Positions 25,710 through 39,506 of a stretch of 64,000 nt of DNA are shown here, one piece after another; the first letter of the stretch is position 1, and each line of letters begins with the position of its first letter. The stretch comes from Mobula hypostoma. Taxonomy: Eukaryota. The notes under the pieces were generated by a model. That model was not told the DNA's origin, searched no databases, and worked only from the letters and a program-made list of their open reading frames with translations. Where the stretch lies: NCBI RefSeq assembly GCF_963921235.1, contig NC_086097.1, forward strand, positions 166,410,001-166,474,000, in the 5' to 3' direction. A program made the position numbers and the translations under genes.

Positions 25710-26796
25710 GAAGATAGATTGACATCTTTTGAACAATTAGTTGATAAATATTCTCTTTCATACTCACACTTTTTACAATACCTTCAAGTTAGACATTTCT
25801 TACAAAAATATTACAAAGTAATATTCCCTATATATTGGAGGCTGATCTTCGACGAAGGGTTCTATTGGAAGAATTTATAATTTATTATTACAATGGGATA
25901 GGCGTCCTTTATTTAAGATTAAACAAGATTGGGAAAAGGAACTCAATTTGACTTTTATGACGAAGGACTGGACGCGGATTCTGAAGCTGGTTAACTCTTC
26001 TTCAATCTGTGCTAGTCATTCACTGATTCAATTTAAAATTATACATCGTTACCATCTGATGAAGGAGAGATTGTCTAAAATCTTTCCTAATGTTGATAGT
26101 TATTGCGATAGATGTAAAACTGAGACAGCTACACTGACACATATGTTTTGGTCTTGTTCTATACTGGAACAGTTCTGGAAGTCAGTTTTTTTGACAATTT
26201 CTAAAGCACTTAAAATTAATTTACAACCTAACAAATTAACTGTGCTTTTTGGAATAATTCCTCAAAATATCCGTGGTATCTCTGTGTCTGACCAACATGT
26301 TATTGTATTTGTTACATTGTTAGCTAGGAGGGCAATTTTGTTGAAGTGGAAGGATACATCAGCTCCCACTTTGTCACAATGGTTCTCTCAAGTGATGCTA
26401 TGTCTTAGTTTGGAGAAAATTAGAAGTCGAACCTTTGAACCTTTATTTGATTTTGAGAAAAGATGGGGTTCATTTGCTCATTATCATCATTTGAGTTAAT
26501 TGATAGATTTCCTCCACGATCTAACTGTAAATTTTTGTTTTTTTTTCTTGCTGGTAGTTTAATGTTTATCATTAGAAGCTTTTTGTATGACGCATGGCTC
26601 CGGGTTGTACACCTAATGGAGTTTTTGTCCCCACTTTTTCTGCTTAGTAGGGTTTTTTATTATCACAAAAATTTTTCAATCCTTAAAATAATGTTTTTTT
26701 TTCCTTGAGACATTGTAAGTGTTGTTTACTTTGATTACTCGTGTTATTTTTGAATAATATAATAATAATAATAATAATAATAAAAAGATTTGAAAG
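25710..26796 (+). mobile_element. L1-clade LINE 3' end with intact-looking ORF2 C-terminus (25948-26499)
   Basis: QFKIIHR, CDRC...LTHMFWSC, ARRAILLKWKD; perfect 14-bp TSD aaaagcttcatata at 25696-25709 and 26797-26810 at a TT/AAAA site. Confidence 0.95.
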
Positions 26797-27045
26797 AAAA
26801 GCTTCATATATAACCTATATAATGGCCTGTTAAAAAGCAAGTGTACATTAGTTCAAAGTTCTTAGGGCAGGGTTTTCAGGCCATTACTTCCTACAAAGTG
26901 AAAACTAACATCATGAATGGTTATGATGCTCCACTCCCAGATAAGCTCAATGCCCTTATGCATGCTTTGAAAGGGAGAATAAAACAACATCTGTGTTAAT
27001 CCCTGCAACATCTGGTGATCTCTGTCTCGGAGGCTGACAAAGTAA

Positions 27046-27254
27046 AAGAAGAAGAAGAAGAAACTCTAGGTAGAATCATCAGGACACTGTCATGACTGTT
27101 TTTTTAGCAGGCTTTCTTATTTTTACGAGGCCGAGTTGCTAGCTTGATGCTCAACCCAGCACGGATGGAAAACATGCAAGGGAGCCGGCTGGATTTGAAC
27201 TCGGGAGCCTTCGCTCCAAAGTCCAGCACTGATGCCACTATGCCACCAGCTGGC
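27046..27254 (-). mobile_element. tRNA-derived SINE with RTE-like body and (CTT)n tail
   Basis: Minus strand A box TGGCATAGTGG and B box GAGTTCAAATCC; flanks gacaaagtaa (27036-27045) and gacagagtaa (27257-27266). Confidence 0.8.
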
Positions 27255-27759
27255 TAGACAGAGTAATGTTCAAAGTAAATTTACTAACAAAAGGACATAT
27301 ACTGTACGTCATCATATACAAAACTGAGATTAATTTTCTTGCAGACATACTCAATAAGTCCGTAATAGCATAATAACCATAATAGAATCAATGAAAGACT
27401 ACACCAAATTGGGCATTCAATGAAGTTGGATAGACTTTTGCATAGTAGGCGAATTAAGGGTTATGGGGAAAAGGCAGGGAGGTGGAGATGAGTCCATGGC
27501 CAGATCAGCCTTGATCTTATTGAATGGCGAAGCATGCTCGACGGGCCAGATGGCCTACTCCTGCTCCTATTCCTTAAGTTCTTATGTTAAATTATCCTCT
27601 TTGGTTCAAGAGTCTGATGGTTCAAGGGCAATAAGTGTCCCTGAACCTGACGGTATGCATCCTGAGGCTCCTGACCTGCTGAGCCTGACTTTATAAAAAT
27701 TAAATCCCATTTAATGGAGCATGTGAAAGGCCCTGCCCCGACGAAAGCTACAATTATTA

Positions 27760-27964
27760 CTAAGCAATGCAGTGGTCTAATTATTGAAATACATACGTTT
27801 CTTATGTGTTTTATATGCATAGAAAGGTAAAATATGTACTATAAACTAAGACAAACGTTTGACTAACTGAAGCTAAATAATATCAGATGTACCTGTTCCG
27901 ACTTCAAATCTGACTTATAGATGGACTCAGGAACAGAACTCATTCATAACCCAGGGACTGCCTG
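27760..27964. mobile_element. Tigger/pogo-type element, right end only
   Basis: Ends cataacccagggactgcctg followed by TA; left end not found. Confidence 0.65.
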
Positions 27965-28180
27965 TACTTTTAAATCATCTCTAGATTACTCATAATACCT
28001 AATACAATGTAAATGCTATGTAAAATAGTTGTTATACTGTATTGTTTAAGGAATAATGACAAGAAAAAAAGTTTGTACATGCTCAAACAACGAGTGCTGG
28101 AGAGGAAACTTCCGCGTTTTCCCAATCCGCGGTTGATTGATTCCGCGCACGTGGAACCCGCGGGTAAAGAGGGCCGACTG
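27965..28180. mobile_element. MER2-like Tigger MITE, right half
   Basis: aaatcatctctagattac...tacaatgtaaatgctatgtaaa...ggaacccgcgg...gagggccgactg followed by TA. Confidence 0.75.
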
Positions 28181-30949
28181 TAAGTGACTATAATAAGTTC
28201 TATGACTTTATATGGAGGGTTAATGCTGACTTCTCATATTGCAATTCTCTATATTTGTAGTTTCCAAAGTCCTCTCTTCAAAGACAGAGAGATCAGAGAT
28301 TTCTCTCTGCAGATAGTGGGACTCTGTGTCCAGGCAAAACATAGATGAGCTTATGTTGGAATGAAGATATGAGAGGGCATAATTCCAGCCAAGTACCCAG
28401 GGAAATAATTATCTTCAGAAGACACGGTGTGCTGGCAGTAGGGATTGTTTGTTGTTTACCACATTCAGTGAGCTGCGCATAAATGTTTTGTCTTGTGACA
28501 GACCAGAGCATATTTGTCTTTCAAAAGTAAGACATGTTTTTTCATCTTCAAAGACCCTGATCATTTGCCAGCAGACTGATCCTTACAGTGAAGCACTATT
28601 AAGAGACGTGATTGTTCAATGAAATTCAAAGTGAGAATATTCAACTATTGAGTCAAATCTCCAAGCTTAAGTACAAAGTAGATCAGAAACAAGGATCAGA
28701 ATACTGTTCCTTCACTTGTCCCTTCTCCTTTGTTTTAAATGTTTTATCAGGTCAATCTGATAAAATACATTTTCAGAATCCTTGAATACTTGCCCAAATT
28801 TCCTTGCTGTGCAGATGCTCGCAATGAGCAATTCCAAGGTAGCAGGTTAGACCATCGAACTTAGAACAGTAAGGCACAATGTCTGCACCAAATGAAACCA
28901 AATGTTTTATGTTTCTGTCATTAGTATCAGAATGCAAGATGGCACTTAGATGCCATTCTGTGTTTCACAAAATTAACACACTTCAGCACAGTTCCTCACA
29001 AAAATAATTCTTACTTTAATTTCTTTGCTTTGCTTTAGATCTGAACGAAAGAACAGAAATCATATTCTCAGCTCTGCTGGCTTGATTCCCTGTCAAATGC
29101 AATAAAAGCTGATCTGTGTGTCAACTTCATTCAATTCCTTGAGTCCACTTCTCTTATTACCCTAAGCTAACAAAGATTTATCAGACTCAAATTGAATAAC
29201 TATCAGTTGAGGCAGCACTTACTGCTCTTGTTGGAGAGTTCCTCACACTTCTACCAGTCTATCCAGGAGAAAAATGTTCCTCAATGGCTTGTCTCCGAGG
29301 TCCTATGTCTTTCCTCTGGACTCCCTCATCAGTGAAAGAAGTTCGACGATCTAGTCAATACCTTACCAAATCCAGAAAAAAATCTCAATCAAATCAAAGT
29401 TTATCATTTTATGTTCCAGGAAATATCATCTACATTATGTAATCTCTACTCATAATGCAATTATTGGAACCTGGTAATATCCTGGGGGATCAACATTATA
29501 CACTTTTTTAGGTTACGATATCCTTAGATCCAGTGTCGTACACACTACTCCAGGTCAAGTATAACCAGGCATTTGTACAATGTAGCACAGGTTCTCCTCT
29601 TCATAGTGTCACACTCAGGCAGAAGGTACCTCTTACATTGTTGATTTGGTTTTGTTTGTGTTATTACATAGCTTTAAAGTGAGAGGGAGAAAGTTTAAAG
29701 GAGATGAGTGTGGGGCAAGTTTTATCATGGAGAGTTATAGGCACCTGCAATGAACTGCCAAATCGAGGTGTGGTGGAAGCATCCACAATAGTGGTGTTGA
29801 AGAGGAAGTTAGACAGGTGCAGGGAATGGATCAGGTGCTGGCAGATAAAATTACTTCACATTTGACATAATGGTTAGCACAGACATGGTGGGCCGAAAGG
29901 CCTTTTCCTGTGTGTACTGTTATTTCAAAGGGCGCTGCCTCAAGAATATGGCATCCAGCATTAAGGACCCTCATCACGTGAGACATGTCTTCTTCACATT
30001 AATCTTATCAGGGAGGAGGTCCGGGAGCCTGAAGATCCACATTTAATGTTTTAGGAATGACTTCTTCCCCTCCATTGTGAGAATTCTGAACAGGGTCCAT
30101 GAACCCATGAACAATACCACACTATTCCTCTTCAGCACTATCTATCTATCCATCTATCTATTTGTTTATTTGTGACTTTAGTGGTTTTTATGTCTTGCAC
30201 TGTGCTTCTGACACAAAACAGCACAATTCGTGATGTAAGTCAGTAATAATGAACCTAATTCTAATTTTATGTTCTATGTACATCAAAATGATTTTATTAT
30301 TAAACGATGTATACGTTACCATGTACTACCTTGAGATTCATTTACTAGCAGGCATTTACAGGAAAATAAATACAATAGAATTTATGAAAGACTGATTAAT
30401 AAGTCTGATGAACAATCAATGTGCAGAAGAAGATAATCTGCAAATAAAGAGATAAAATAAAAGATAATACTGAGAACATGAGTTGCAAGGAGACCTTGGA
30501 TGTGAGTCTGTCAGTCACAGAATCTCTGTATATAGACCCCATGAGCTCTTTGGATCTCGGTTATTTCTTGTCACTCACGTCTTAAGAATACTCAGAACCA
30601 TCTTGTTTTACTTTAAAATGTCTCCAAGTAAAGGAAAAACACCTGCTGTAAAGGAAAACATTTGTCACTAATATAACTGAAGAGTTAACAATGAAATGAG
30701 TTAATACAGGGGCAAAACAGAGTCAGATGTTTCCTCCCTCTGAGGGTAATTACCGTCAATTAACAGTGAGGTCCTCACTTCTCATGACACATGCAAGCCC
30801 AAGAGTTTGCTAGTCAGACTATTTCCATGTCAAATGTGTTTTGCCTATTCTTTGCCAGTGGTGTTCGAACAATTTAATCTCCTCTTTCTGTAAAGAAGGT
30901 TAAGGGTATTACTCCTTCATTTTCATCAATGAACCAATATAAAACTTTC

Positions 30950-31450
30950 ACTAGGTCATGCGTGCTTGGAATTCCAGTCGCCCCATTACAGGAAGGATGT
31001 GGAGGCTGTAGAGACAGGGTAGGAGTGGTTTACCTGAATGCTGCCTGGATTAGAGAGTATGAGCTATAGGGAGAGTTTGGAGAAATATGGGCTACTTTTT
31101 CTGGAACTGAGAGGAGATCTGACAGGTGTTTATAAAATTATGAGGGCCATAGATAGGGTAGATAATCCCAGGGTATAAATGTTAAATACTGGGGGAAGGC
31201 AAGCATTTAAGGTGAGAGGAGGAAAATTTAAAGGAGATGTGTGGGGGTAAGTTTTAACACTGTGTTGTAAGTGCTGGGGATAGTGTAGAAGCAAATGTGA
31301 TAGTGAGATTTAAGAGGATTCTAGCTAAGTAAATGAATATGCGGAAAATTAAGGGATTTGGTTCATGTGTAAGCAGAAAATATTTAGTTTAATTTAGCTT
31401 CACATCCAACATTGTGGGCTGAAGGACCTATTCTTGTATTGAACTGCTCT
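30950..31450 (+). mobile_element. CR1 3' fragment (old)
   Basis: PHYRKDVEAVE-like segment; tail caacattgtgggctgaaggacct. Confidence 0.8.
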
Positions 31451-31476
31451 AAACCCTTGCTAATTCTGATCCAACC

Positions 31477-31980
31477 ATAAGATCATAAAATCATAGGAGG
31501 CAGGAGCAGAATTAGGGCATTCGGCCCATCAAGTTTATCCATTATTCGATCGCGGCTGATTTATTATCCCTCTCAAACCCTTTCTCCTGCTTTCTCCCTG
31601 TAACCTTTGATGCCATCACTAATCCAGAAAGTTTCAACATCTGCTTTAAATATACCCAGTGACCTGGATTCCACAGCCATCTGTGGCAATGAACTCTGCA
31701 GATTTTCTGCCCTCTGGCTAAAGAAATACCTCTTCATCTCTGTTCCAAAAAGACTTCCCTCTATTCTGTAGTTCCTCCCTCAGGTCCTAGACTCCCCACG
31801 ATAGGAGGACATCCTCCCCACATTCACTCTGTCAAGGCCTTTCTATATACAATAAGTTTCAATGAGATCTAAACCAGGGAATAGAGGCCCAGAGTCACCA
31901 AATGCTCCTCATCCATTAAAACTTTAATTCCTGGGATCATTCCCATGAGCCTCCTCTGGACCCTTTCCGATGCCAGAGAG
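31477..31980 (-). mobile_element. CR1 3' fragment
   Basis: Minus ERVQRRLMGMIPGIK; cataagatcataa tail. Confidence 0.8.
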
Positions 31981-33697
31981 TAAATCCAAGAAACACAAAA
32001 GATCCAGTGAAAGACTGCACCCCACAGAAAGGACAAACAACCAATGTGCAAATGCAAAAGAGAATAATAATAATAATACAGTAATAATAATAGTGATAAA
32101 TTTTTCCCCTTTCAAGTTAAGTCCATGCCCTCTAGTCCTTGCTTCCACAACCCTGAGAAAAGGGTCATGTGCATTCATCCTCATGATTATAGACACATTT
32201 ATAAGATCACCCCTCTGTCTCCTATGCCCCAGGAGAGATGAGGGGGAGAGAAAAGGAGAACTACTTTTCAGTTAAGTAGAGAAGAAAGGCTGAATGGACT
32301 GGAAGGAGAGTCTCACATGAAAACAGCATAAATCGTTTTTTTTCAATTTTCATTTGAACTTTGAACTTTGTACCTGCTGTCTTGAAGCTGTCAAGCAATA
32401 TTCAGGAAGAACTCAGTGGCTCGAACAAAATCTGTGGGAGGAAAGGAATTTTTGACATTTGGGGTCAAAACCCAGCAGGGTTTCAACCAGAAACATAAGC
32501 TATTCCTTTCTTCCCACAGGGGCTGTTCGACCCGCCAGCTTTCACCAGCAGATTGTTTGTTGCTCCAGATTCCACCATCTGCGGTCTCTTACATCTTCTC
32601 TCTTAAAGTTGCCACCAGAGGTTCACATGTGTGCAACTGTACCAACAGACTTCCCAGTTCCACAGCAAGTAAAAAAGAGAAATATTCTGCAAATTAAAGG
32701 AGGATACGAAGTGGATAGGTGGAGAGATATTTATTGTGTATTCTGCTGCACCAATAAAATTGAATTCTGAATAGTTTGAGCTTTTTTGAGAAGTTAATGT
32801 TCTGTAAAATCTTTTAAAAGCTAACACATTACTTCCAGCATAATTTACTTGTCAGAACTCATGGAGCTGCATCCTATTGAGTGAAAATGCAATAATTCAT
32901 CAGTGGTGATGACCTCCTCAATGTTTCTAAATGGTAAATGAAAGGTCATATGGTGATATTTGACCTTGGGCAACCAGCGGAGATGAGTTCAAAGTGTTTT
33001 GTTGACAATAAAACATTGCGTCACTAAAAAAAACACCTCTAAGATCACAGCAGTTATGAGGGTAAATGACATCAAGCCCCAATTTTGGGTCAGGAAAGGT
33101 TAGTTAGCCCCAGTGAAGATGTTGGCCAGCATATGATGGAATGTGCACATACTTTCAAAATAAAAGGAAAAGTAGAACAACCATCCCTCACATCACATTC
33201 CCTATTAACCAGCCCAAGTATCCAGTGGAACTATTTTGCATTCAGTTCCATTGATGATAATAACACCACTTAGTCGTTCAAAGGAGCATTTTGAGATCTA
33301 CGGATAACAAACCAAGCTGTTTTAAATTAGCAGAAATATTTGATTGTTTAAAAAAAAACAAATATAAGAAAAGGGATCATAGAAAGAATTGCCTCTGTTC
33401 GTCTGTCAGATTTGCAGATGCCGCAATCTGGTGGTTTATCTCATTACACAATTTTGCAAATGTTGTTTTTATAATTCCGTGGTTTATAATTCTCAACCCA
33501 GAACAACCTGTTTTCTAGGTTAGTAGTCCTTCTTGACAATACTGGCAGTCAAGATGGAGTATGGCATACTTGCTATCATCAAACAGGGCGTTGAGTTAGG
33601 TTGTTATGTTACAGCTGTACTAGATGGCGGTGAGAAAGCACCTGGAATAGTGTATGTAGTTCTGACACCATACTTTAGGAAAGATGTAATTAGGTGA

Positions 33698-35629
33698 AAG
33701 ACAAAAACATAAGAAAACTTGCAGATGCTGGAAATCCAAAACAACACACATAAAATGCCAGAGGAACTCAGCAGGACAGGCAACATCTATGGAAAAGAGT
33801 AAACAGTAGACGTTTTGGGCCACGTCCCTTCGTCAGGACTGGAAAAAAAAATGAGGTGAGAGTAAGAAGGTGGGGCGGGGGGCGGTGGAGGAAGGTGGCA
33901 GGTGATAGGCGAAACCGGGAGAGGGGTTGGGGTGAAGTAAAGAGCTGGGAAGGTGATTGGTGAAAGAGATACAGGGCTGGAGGAAGGGGAATCTGATAGG
34001 AGAGGGTAGAATATCATGAAAGAAGGGAAAGGAGGAGGAGCATAAGAGAGAGGTGATATGCAGGGAAGGAGATAAGGTGAGAGAGGAAACAGGAATGAGG
34101 AATGGTGGAGGAAAGGGGGTGGGGCGCAATTGCCAGAAGTCCGAGAAATTGCTGTTCATGCCATCTGGTTGGAGGCTACCCAGACAGAATATAAGGTGTT
34201 GCTCCTCCAAACTGAGTGTGGCCCCATCACGGCAGTAGTGGAGACCATGGACTGACAGGAATTGGAAGGAGAATTGAAATGAATTTTACGAAAGCCCAAT
34301 TTTTCTGGCATGTAGATGGAGTGTAGATGTTCAGCGAAGCAGTCTCCTAATCGACATTGGGTCTCACAGATTTACAGGATACCACACCAGGAGCACTGGA
34401 TACAGTAGATCACTCCAGCAGACTCACAGGTGAAGAGTCACCTCAACTGGAAGGACTGTTCAGGGCCCTGAATGGTAGTGAGGGAGGAGGTGTAGGGGCA
34501 GGTGTGGCACTTCTTCCGCTTGCAAGGATAAGCACCAGAAGGGAGATCAGTGGGGAGGGATGAGTGGGCAAGGAAGTCGCGTAGGGAGAGATCCCTCCAA
34601 GAAGCAGAATGTCGGGGTATGGAAAGACGTGCTTGGTGGTAGGATCCCACTGGAGATGGCAAAAGTTACGGAGAATCATGTGTTTGACACAGAGGCTGAT
34701 GGGGTGGTAGGTGAGGACAGGAGGAACCGTATTCCTGTGTGGAGGTGGGAGGATGGAGTGAGGGCAGATGTGTGTGAAATGAAAGAGATACAGGCGAGGG
34801 CAGCATTGATGGTGGAGGAAAGGAAGACCCTTTCTTTGAAGAAGGAGGAATTCTCATTAGTTCTGAAATGAAAGGCCACATCCTTTCATCATCATGTGGT
34901 AGAGAAATTGAGAGAAAGAGGTGCTATTTTTACAAGTAACAGAATGGGAAGAGGTATAATCCAGGTAGCTTTGAGAATCAGTGGGTTTATAAAAGATATC
35001 TGTAGATAGACTGAGAGATCAAGAAAGGGGAGGGAGGTGCTGAAAATTTTGAGGGCAGGGTGGAAGTTGGAGGCAATGTTGATGAAGTTGATGAGCTCAG
35101 CATGGTGCAGGAAGCAGAACTAATGCAGTCATCAGTGTAGCATAGGAAGAGTTGGGAAGCGATACCAGTGCAGGCTTGGAACATAGATTGTTTCATGTAG
35201 CCAAAAGAAAGGCAGGTATAGATGGCATGAACATCAATTTCCCGAACTTCTGGTAATTGCTCTCTCCTTCACCATTCCCCATTCCTGTTTCCCTCTTTCA
35301 CTTCATCTTCTTACCTGCCCGTCACCTCTGGTTGGTCTCATTCTCCTTCCCTTTCTTCCATGGCCTTCTACCCTCTCCAATCAGATTCCCCCTCCTCCAG
35401 CCCTTTATGTCTTTCACCAATCACATCCCAGCTCTTTACTTCACTCCTCCTACTCTCCCGGTTTCACCTATCGTCTACAACCCTGTATTTCTCCCCTCCC
35501 CACCTTCTCACTCTAACTTCTCTTTTTTCCCAGTCCTGATGAAGGGTCTTGGCCCAAAACATTGACTGTTTACTCTTTTCCAATGGTGCTGCCTGGCCTG
35601 CTGAGTTCCTCCAGGATTCTGTGTGTTAC
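33698..35629. mobile_element. Neptune PLE: long minus arm (RT end, Cys linker, GIY-YIG, pLTR; 33698-35220) plus inverted short arm (35221-35629), inside a CR1
   Basis: LFLCYTDDCI, YPCKRKKCHTCPYT, EEQHLIFCLGSLQPDGMN; TSD aattaggtga at 33688-33697 and 35630-35639; HHR motifs near 33805-33841 (-) and 35531-35568 (+). Confidence 0.9.
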
Positions 35630-37469
35630 AATTAGGTGAGAGCGGCTGCAGAAGGGTATGGTGCTGGGACTTGGGGACCTGAATTATCAGGAGCTTTGGG
35701 GCTGCATGCAATTTGACTGGACAGGATGTGAGTGTTTTACTGAAATGAAGGAAGCTGATCTGTGATGTTATGAAGGTTTGAAATATCATAAGGGATGTAC
35801 ATAAGTGGGATCAAAACAATCTTCTGCCCAAGGTATGGATGAACTTGTAAATTGGTGAATCGGTTTATTATTGTCAGATGCACTGAGGTACAGTGAAAAA
35901 CTTCATTTTGCATGTCATCTGTAGAGATCATTTTCATCACATTACTACCTCAAAGCTATGCAAGGGAAAAGCAACAACTGAATGCAGAAAAAGATGTTAT
36001 AGTTACAGAGAATTGCAGTGCAGGCAGACAATAAGTTACAAGGCCATGATGAGTTTTTTTATGATCTTATCGTATAAGTTTCGATTCAATAATTTTATAA
36101 CTGTCAGATAGAAGCTGTCCTTGAGCCTGGTAGTAGGTCTTTCATCCTTCTGTATCTTCTCCTCGATGGGTTGGGGAAAAGGAGAAAATGTCTGCCTAAA
36201 ACCTAGAGCGGTTTGGTTTAAGGCGAGAGGAGTAGGTCTTCAAGTTCATGTTCAAGCTTAATTGTCATTCAACCATACATGAATACCCATCAATGCAGAC
36301 GAACGAAACAGTGTTACTCCAGGGCCAAGGTGCAATATGGTCACACGCAGCACACGGTACATGTAAGATATCAGTAAAATGCAGTCACACAAAAAAATGC
36401 AGTCAAAGATTCTGAGTCCATGAATGTTGCAGAAATCTGCAGTTGGCCATAATACTGTACAGTTTGTCTTCTGCCAAGCGAACACTGGGGGGCAGCACCG
36501 ACTCCAGTTTGGACAGCGTGCCACACCACCTGCAGAGGAGCATACCGACGTTGATGCCTCTCTCCGTGACAGCTATAAGAGGACCTGGGGACAATATTTT
36601 CACAAAGGGTATAAGGAACGAGCTAGAGGAAGTAATAGAGGTGGGAACAATTACAAAATTTAAAAGACATTTTGACTGGTGCATGGGCAGCAAAGGTTTA
36701 GGGCAGCAGTTCCCAAAGTGGGTGATATTCCCCCCACCCCCCCCCCCGGGGTGGTGGTGGAGTTTCTAAGGGAGCAATAAAAATAAATGTGTGGTTGGGT
36801 CACTCAGTAGCAAGAGGAGACAGCTGAGGGATTACAGGATTAATTTATGAAATGAGTTACTTACATTGTCTCATAACTGATTACAAAGATCATGTAATCA
36901 CCTTATCACTTGCTAACTCACCATTCTCTTAGACTTTGCTCGAAGCACGTTAGAGTAGTTGAAAAGCAAAGTGACCCTTCTGTATTTGGTATATCATGAG
37001 AAATCTGCTCTGAAGAAATTGTTGCTGTTCACTACTAGTGTTAGCTAGTACAATTCCTATACTCTACTCATGCAGGGATGCAATTCCTGTGAATAAAGAT
37101 CTATCATTCAATGGGATAAAGCTCACAAATTCCCTTTCAAATGGTCTTGACTGCATTTCTCTAGCCCATGGCCCAAATGAGATATCGCTGCCTAACTTTG
37201 TGTACTAAGGGGGAGGTGACGGCAGAAGGAGCCACGGGGGTTGGGGGGGGCGGTGGCACAGGGGGAGAGAGGGCTGTAGGTAAAGATGGAAACATAAGAA
37301 AAAAATAGGCAGGTGGAGCCAGGTGTGGAAGAGGAGAGGAAAGAGTCAGATAGGGGCTGGTAGGTGATAGGAGGAATCAGATAAGGGTAGCATGATGGAT
37401 AGTTGGAACCAGACTCTGGGTAGGAAAGGTGAGCCAAGGGAGAAGAAACCCAGGTAGACAGGTACATGT

Positions 37470-38450
37470 ATTCTTTTTATGCTGTATATAAATGATTTAG
37501 ATGATGAAATAGATGGTCTTGTTGCCATGTTTGCAGATGATACAAAGATTGGTGGAGGAGCAGGGTAGTGTTGAGGAAACAGGTAGGATGCAGTGGACTT
37601 AGATTAGGAGAATGGGCAAAAAAGTGACAAATGAAATACATGGTCGTGCACTTTGGTAGTAGAAATAAATGTGCGGACTATTTTCTAAATAGGGAGAAAA
37701 TCCAGGAATCTGAGATGCAAAGGGAATTGGGAGTCCTTGTGCAGAACACGCTAAAGGTTAACTTGCAGGTTGAGTTAGCGGTGAGGAAGGGAAATGCAAT
37801 GTTAGCACTCATTTCAAGAGGTCTAGAATACAAGAGCAGGGATGTGATGCTGAGGCTTTATAAGGCACTGGTGAAGCCTCACCTTGATATTGTGTACAGT
37901 TTTGGGCTCCAGATCTTAGAAGAGATGTGCTAGCATTGGAGAGGGTCCAGAGGAGGTTCACAAGGATGATTCCAGGAATGAAAGGGTTATCATACGAGGA
38001 ACGTTTTATGCCTCCAGATCTGTACTCGCTGGAATTTAGAAGGATGAGGGGGGACCTCATTGAAACCTTTCGACTGTTGAAATGCCTAGACAGAGTAGAC
38101 ATGGAAATGATGTTTCCCAGAGCGGGAGAGTCTAGGACAAGAGTGCACAGCCTCAGGACAGAGGGGCGTCCTTTCAAAACAGAGATGCGGAGAAATTTCT
38201 TTAGCCAGAGAGTGGTGAATTTGTGGAATTTGTTTCCACGTGCAGCTGTGGAGGCCAGGTCATTGGGTGTATTTAAGGCAGAGATTGGTAGGTTCTTGAT
38301 TGGACATGGCATCAAAAGTTATGGGGAGAAGGCCGGGAAATGGGGTTGAGGAGGAGATAAAAAAAGGATCAGCCATAATTGAATGGCGGAGCAGATTCGA
38401 TGGGCCAAATGACCTAATCCTGTTCCTATGTCCTATGGTCTTACAGTCTT
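37470..38450 (+). mobile_element. CR1 RT end and 3' UTR
   Basis: MFADDTKIGG; ORFs 37631-37933 and 37927-38349; tail tcctatggtcttac. Confidence 0.92.
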
Positions 38451-39432
38451 ACATGGGTGATAAGTGAATGCATATAACAGGTGATGAGTCTAGCTAACAG
38501 GTTAGTCTGTCTTGGTCATTTCATACCACTTTTTGCTTTCCTAATTTTATTCTTTTAAGTTTTCTCTTATATCCCCTATAAACCTCAAATTACTTGCCTG
38601 ATATTAAATTCCTATGCTTGACATTTGCAACCCTGATCAAACCTACACTATCCTTTGTTAATCAGGCTTCCCTGCACCTACCATCTCTACACTGCCTTAC
38701 TATACATATGAATTGATCATTCTGGATGGCATGTGGACAATACCTTTTCACTGTATTTCAACACAGGTGACAACGATATACCAAATCCAATTCCAGTACA
38801 AACAGAGGCACAAAAGATTGCACATGCTGGAATTGGGAGCAACAAGCAATCTGCAGGAGGAACTCAGAAGGTCAAGCAGCATCTGTGGGGGTGGGGGAGG
38901 TCAGGAATTATTGACATTTCAGTCCAAGTCCTACATCACGTGTTAACTCTACATGTAAGCAATTTGGACCCACTGAGTTCCTCCAGCAGATTGTAACTCC
39001 AATCCAAAATATTTGTATCTGAGGTAATGGGTATGTTGCCAATGTACCTTCTTTATTAAGTTACATACTGGTGGATTCTGCGCATCCCTGTGTCTACAGT
39101 AGCCATCCCTTATAGGTTTACTGAGTCGAGGTGACTTCTGTACACCACAACTTTTGCAGCTACGTAGCCCATGATCAATCAATCTACTGATTCTGGTTAA
39201 GTTCGTTAGATAATTCGACCTTGAAGAAGACAAAGTCACCTATATCACTACTATAGGCCATCTCCTGCACATACTTCAGAACTGTAGATGCGATTGAAGA
39301 ATTGAGGTGGGTGGAGCAAGTCTGAGAGGTTGAATTGCATATTTTTGTTCTTTATTCTTACATAATATGTTCATAAGTTCACTATTGTTCTAACCAACAT
39401 TAAACATTTAATAAATATATAAAACATTATCT

Positions 39433-39506
39433 CGCAAACACGAGGAAATCTACAGACGCTGGAATTTCAAGCAACACAAATAAAAGTTGCTGGTGATGTG
39501 TGTTGC
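39433..39506. mobile_element. 74-bp miniature inverted PLE insertion
   Basis: Minus PLE end (39433-39493) plus 13-nt plus arm tgatgtgtgttgc; perfect 14-bp TSD ataaaacattatct at 39419-39432 and 39507-39520. Confidence 0.85.

Noticed and set aside
27180..27254. tRNA gene
   Set aside because: A and B boxes are followed by an unrelated body, a (CTT)n tail and a TSD, so this is a SINE head.
33610..33635. CTCF-like motif tactagatggcggtg
   Set aside because: Imperfect match lying inside decayed CR1 coding sequence.
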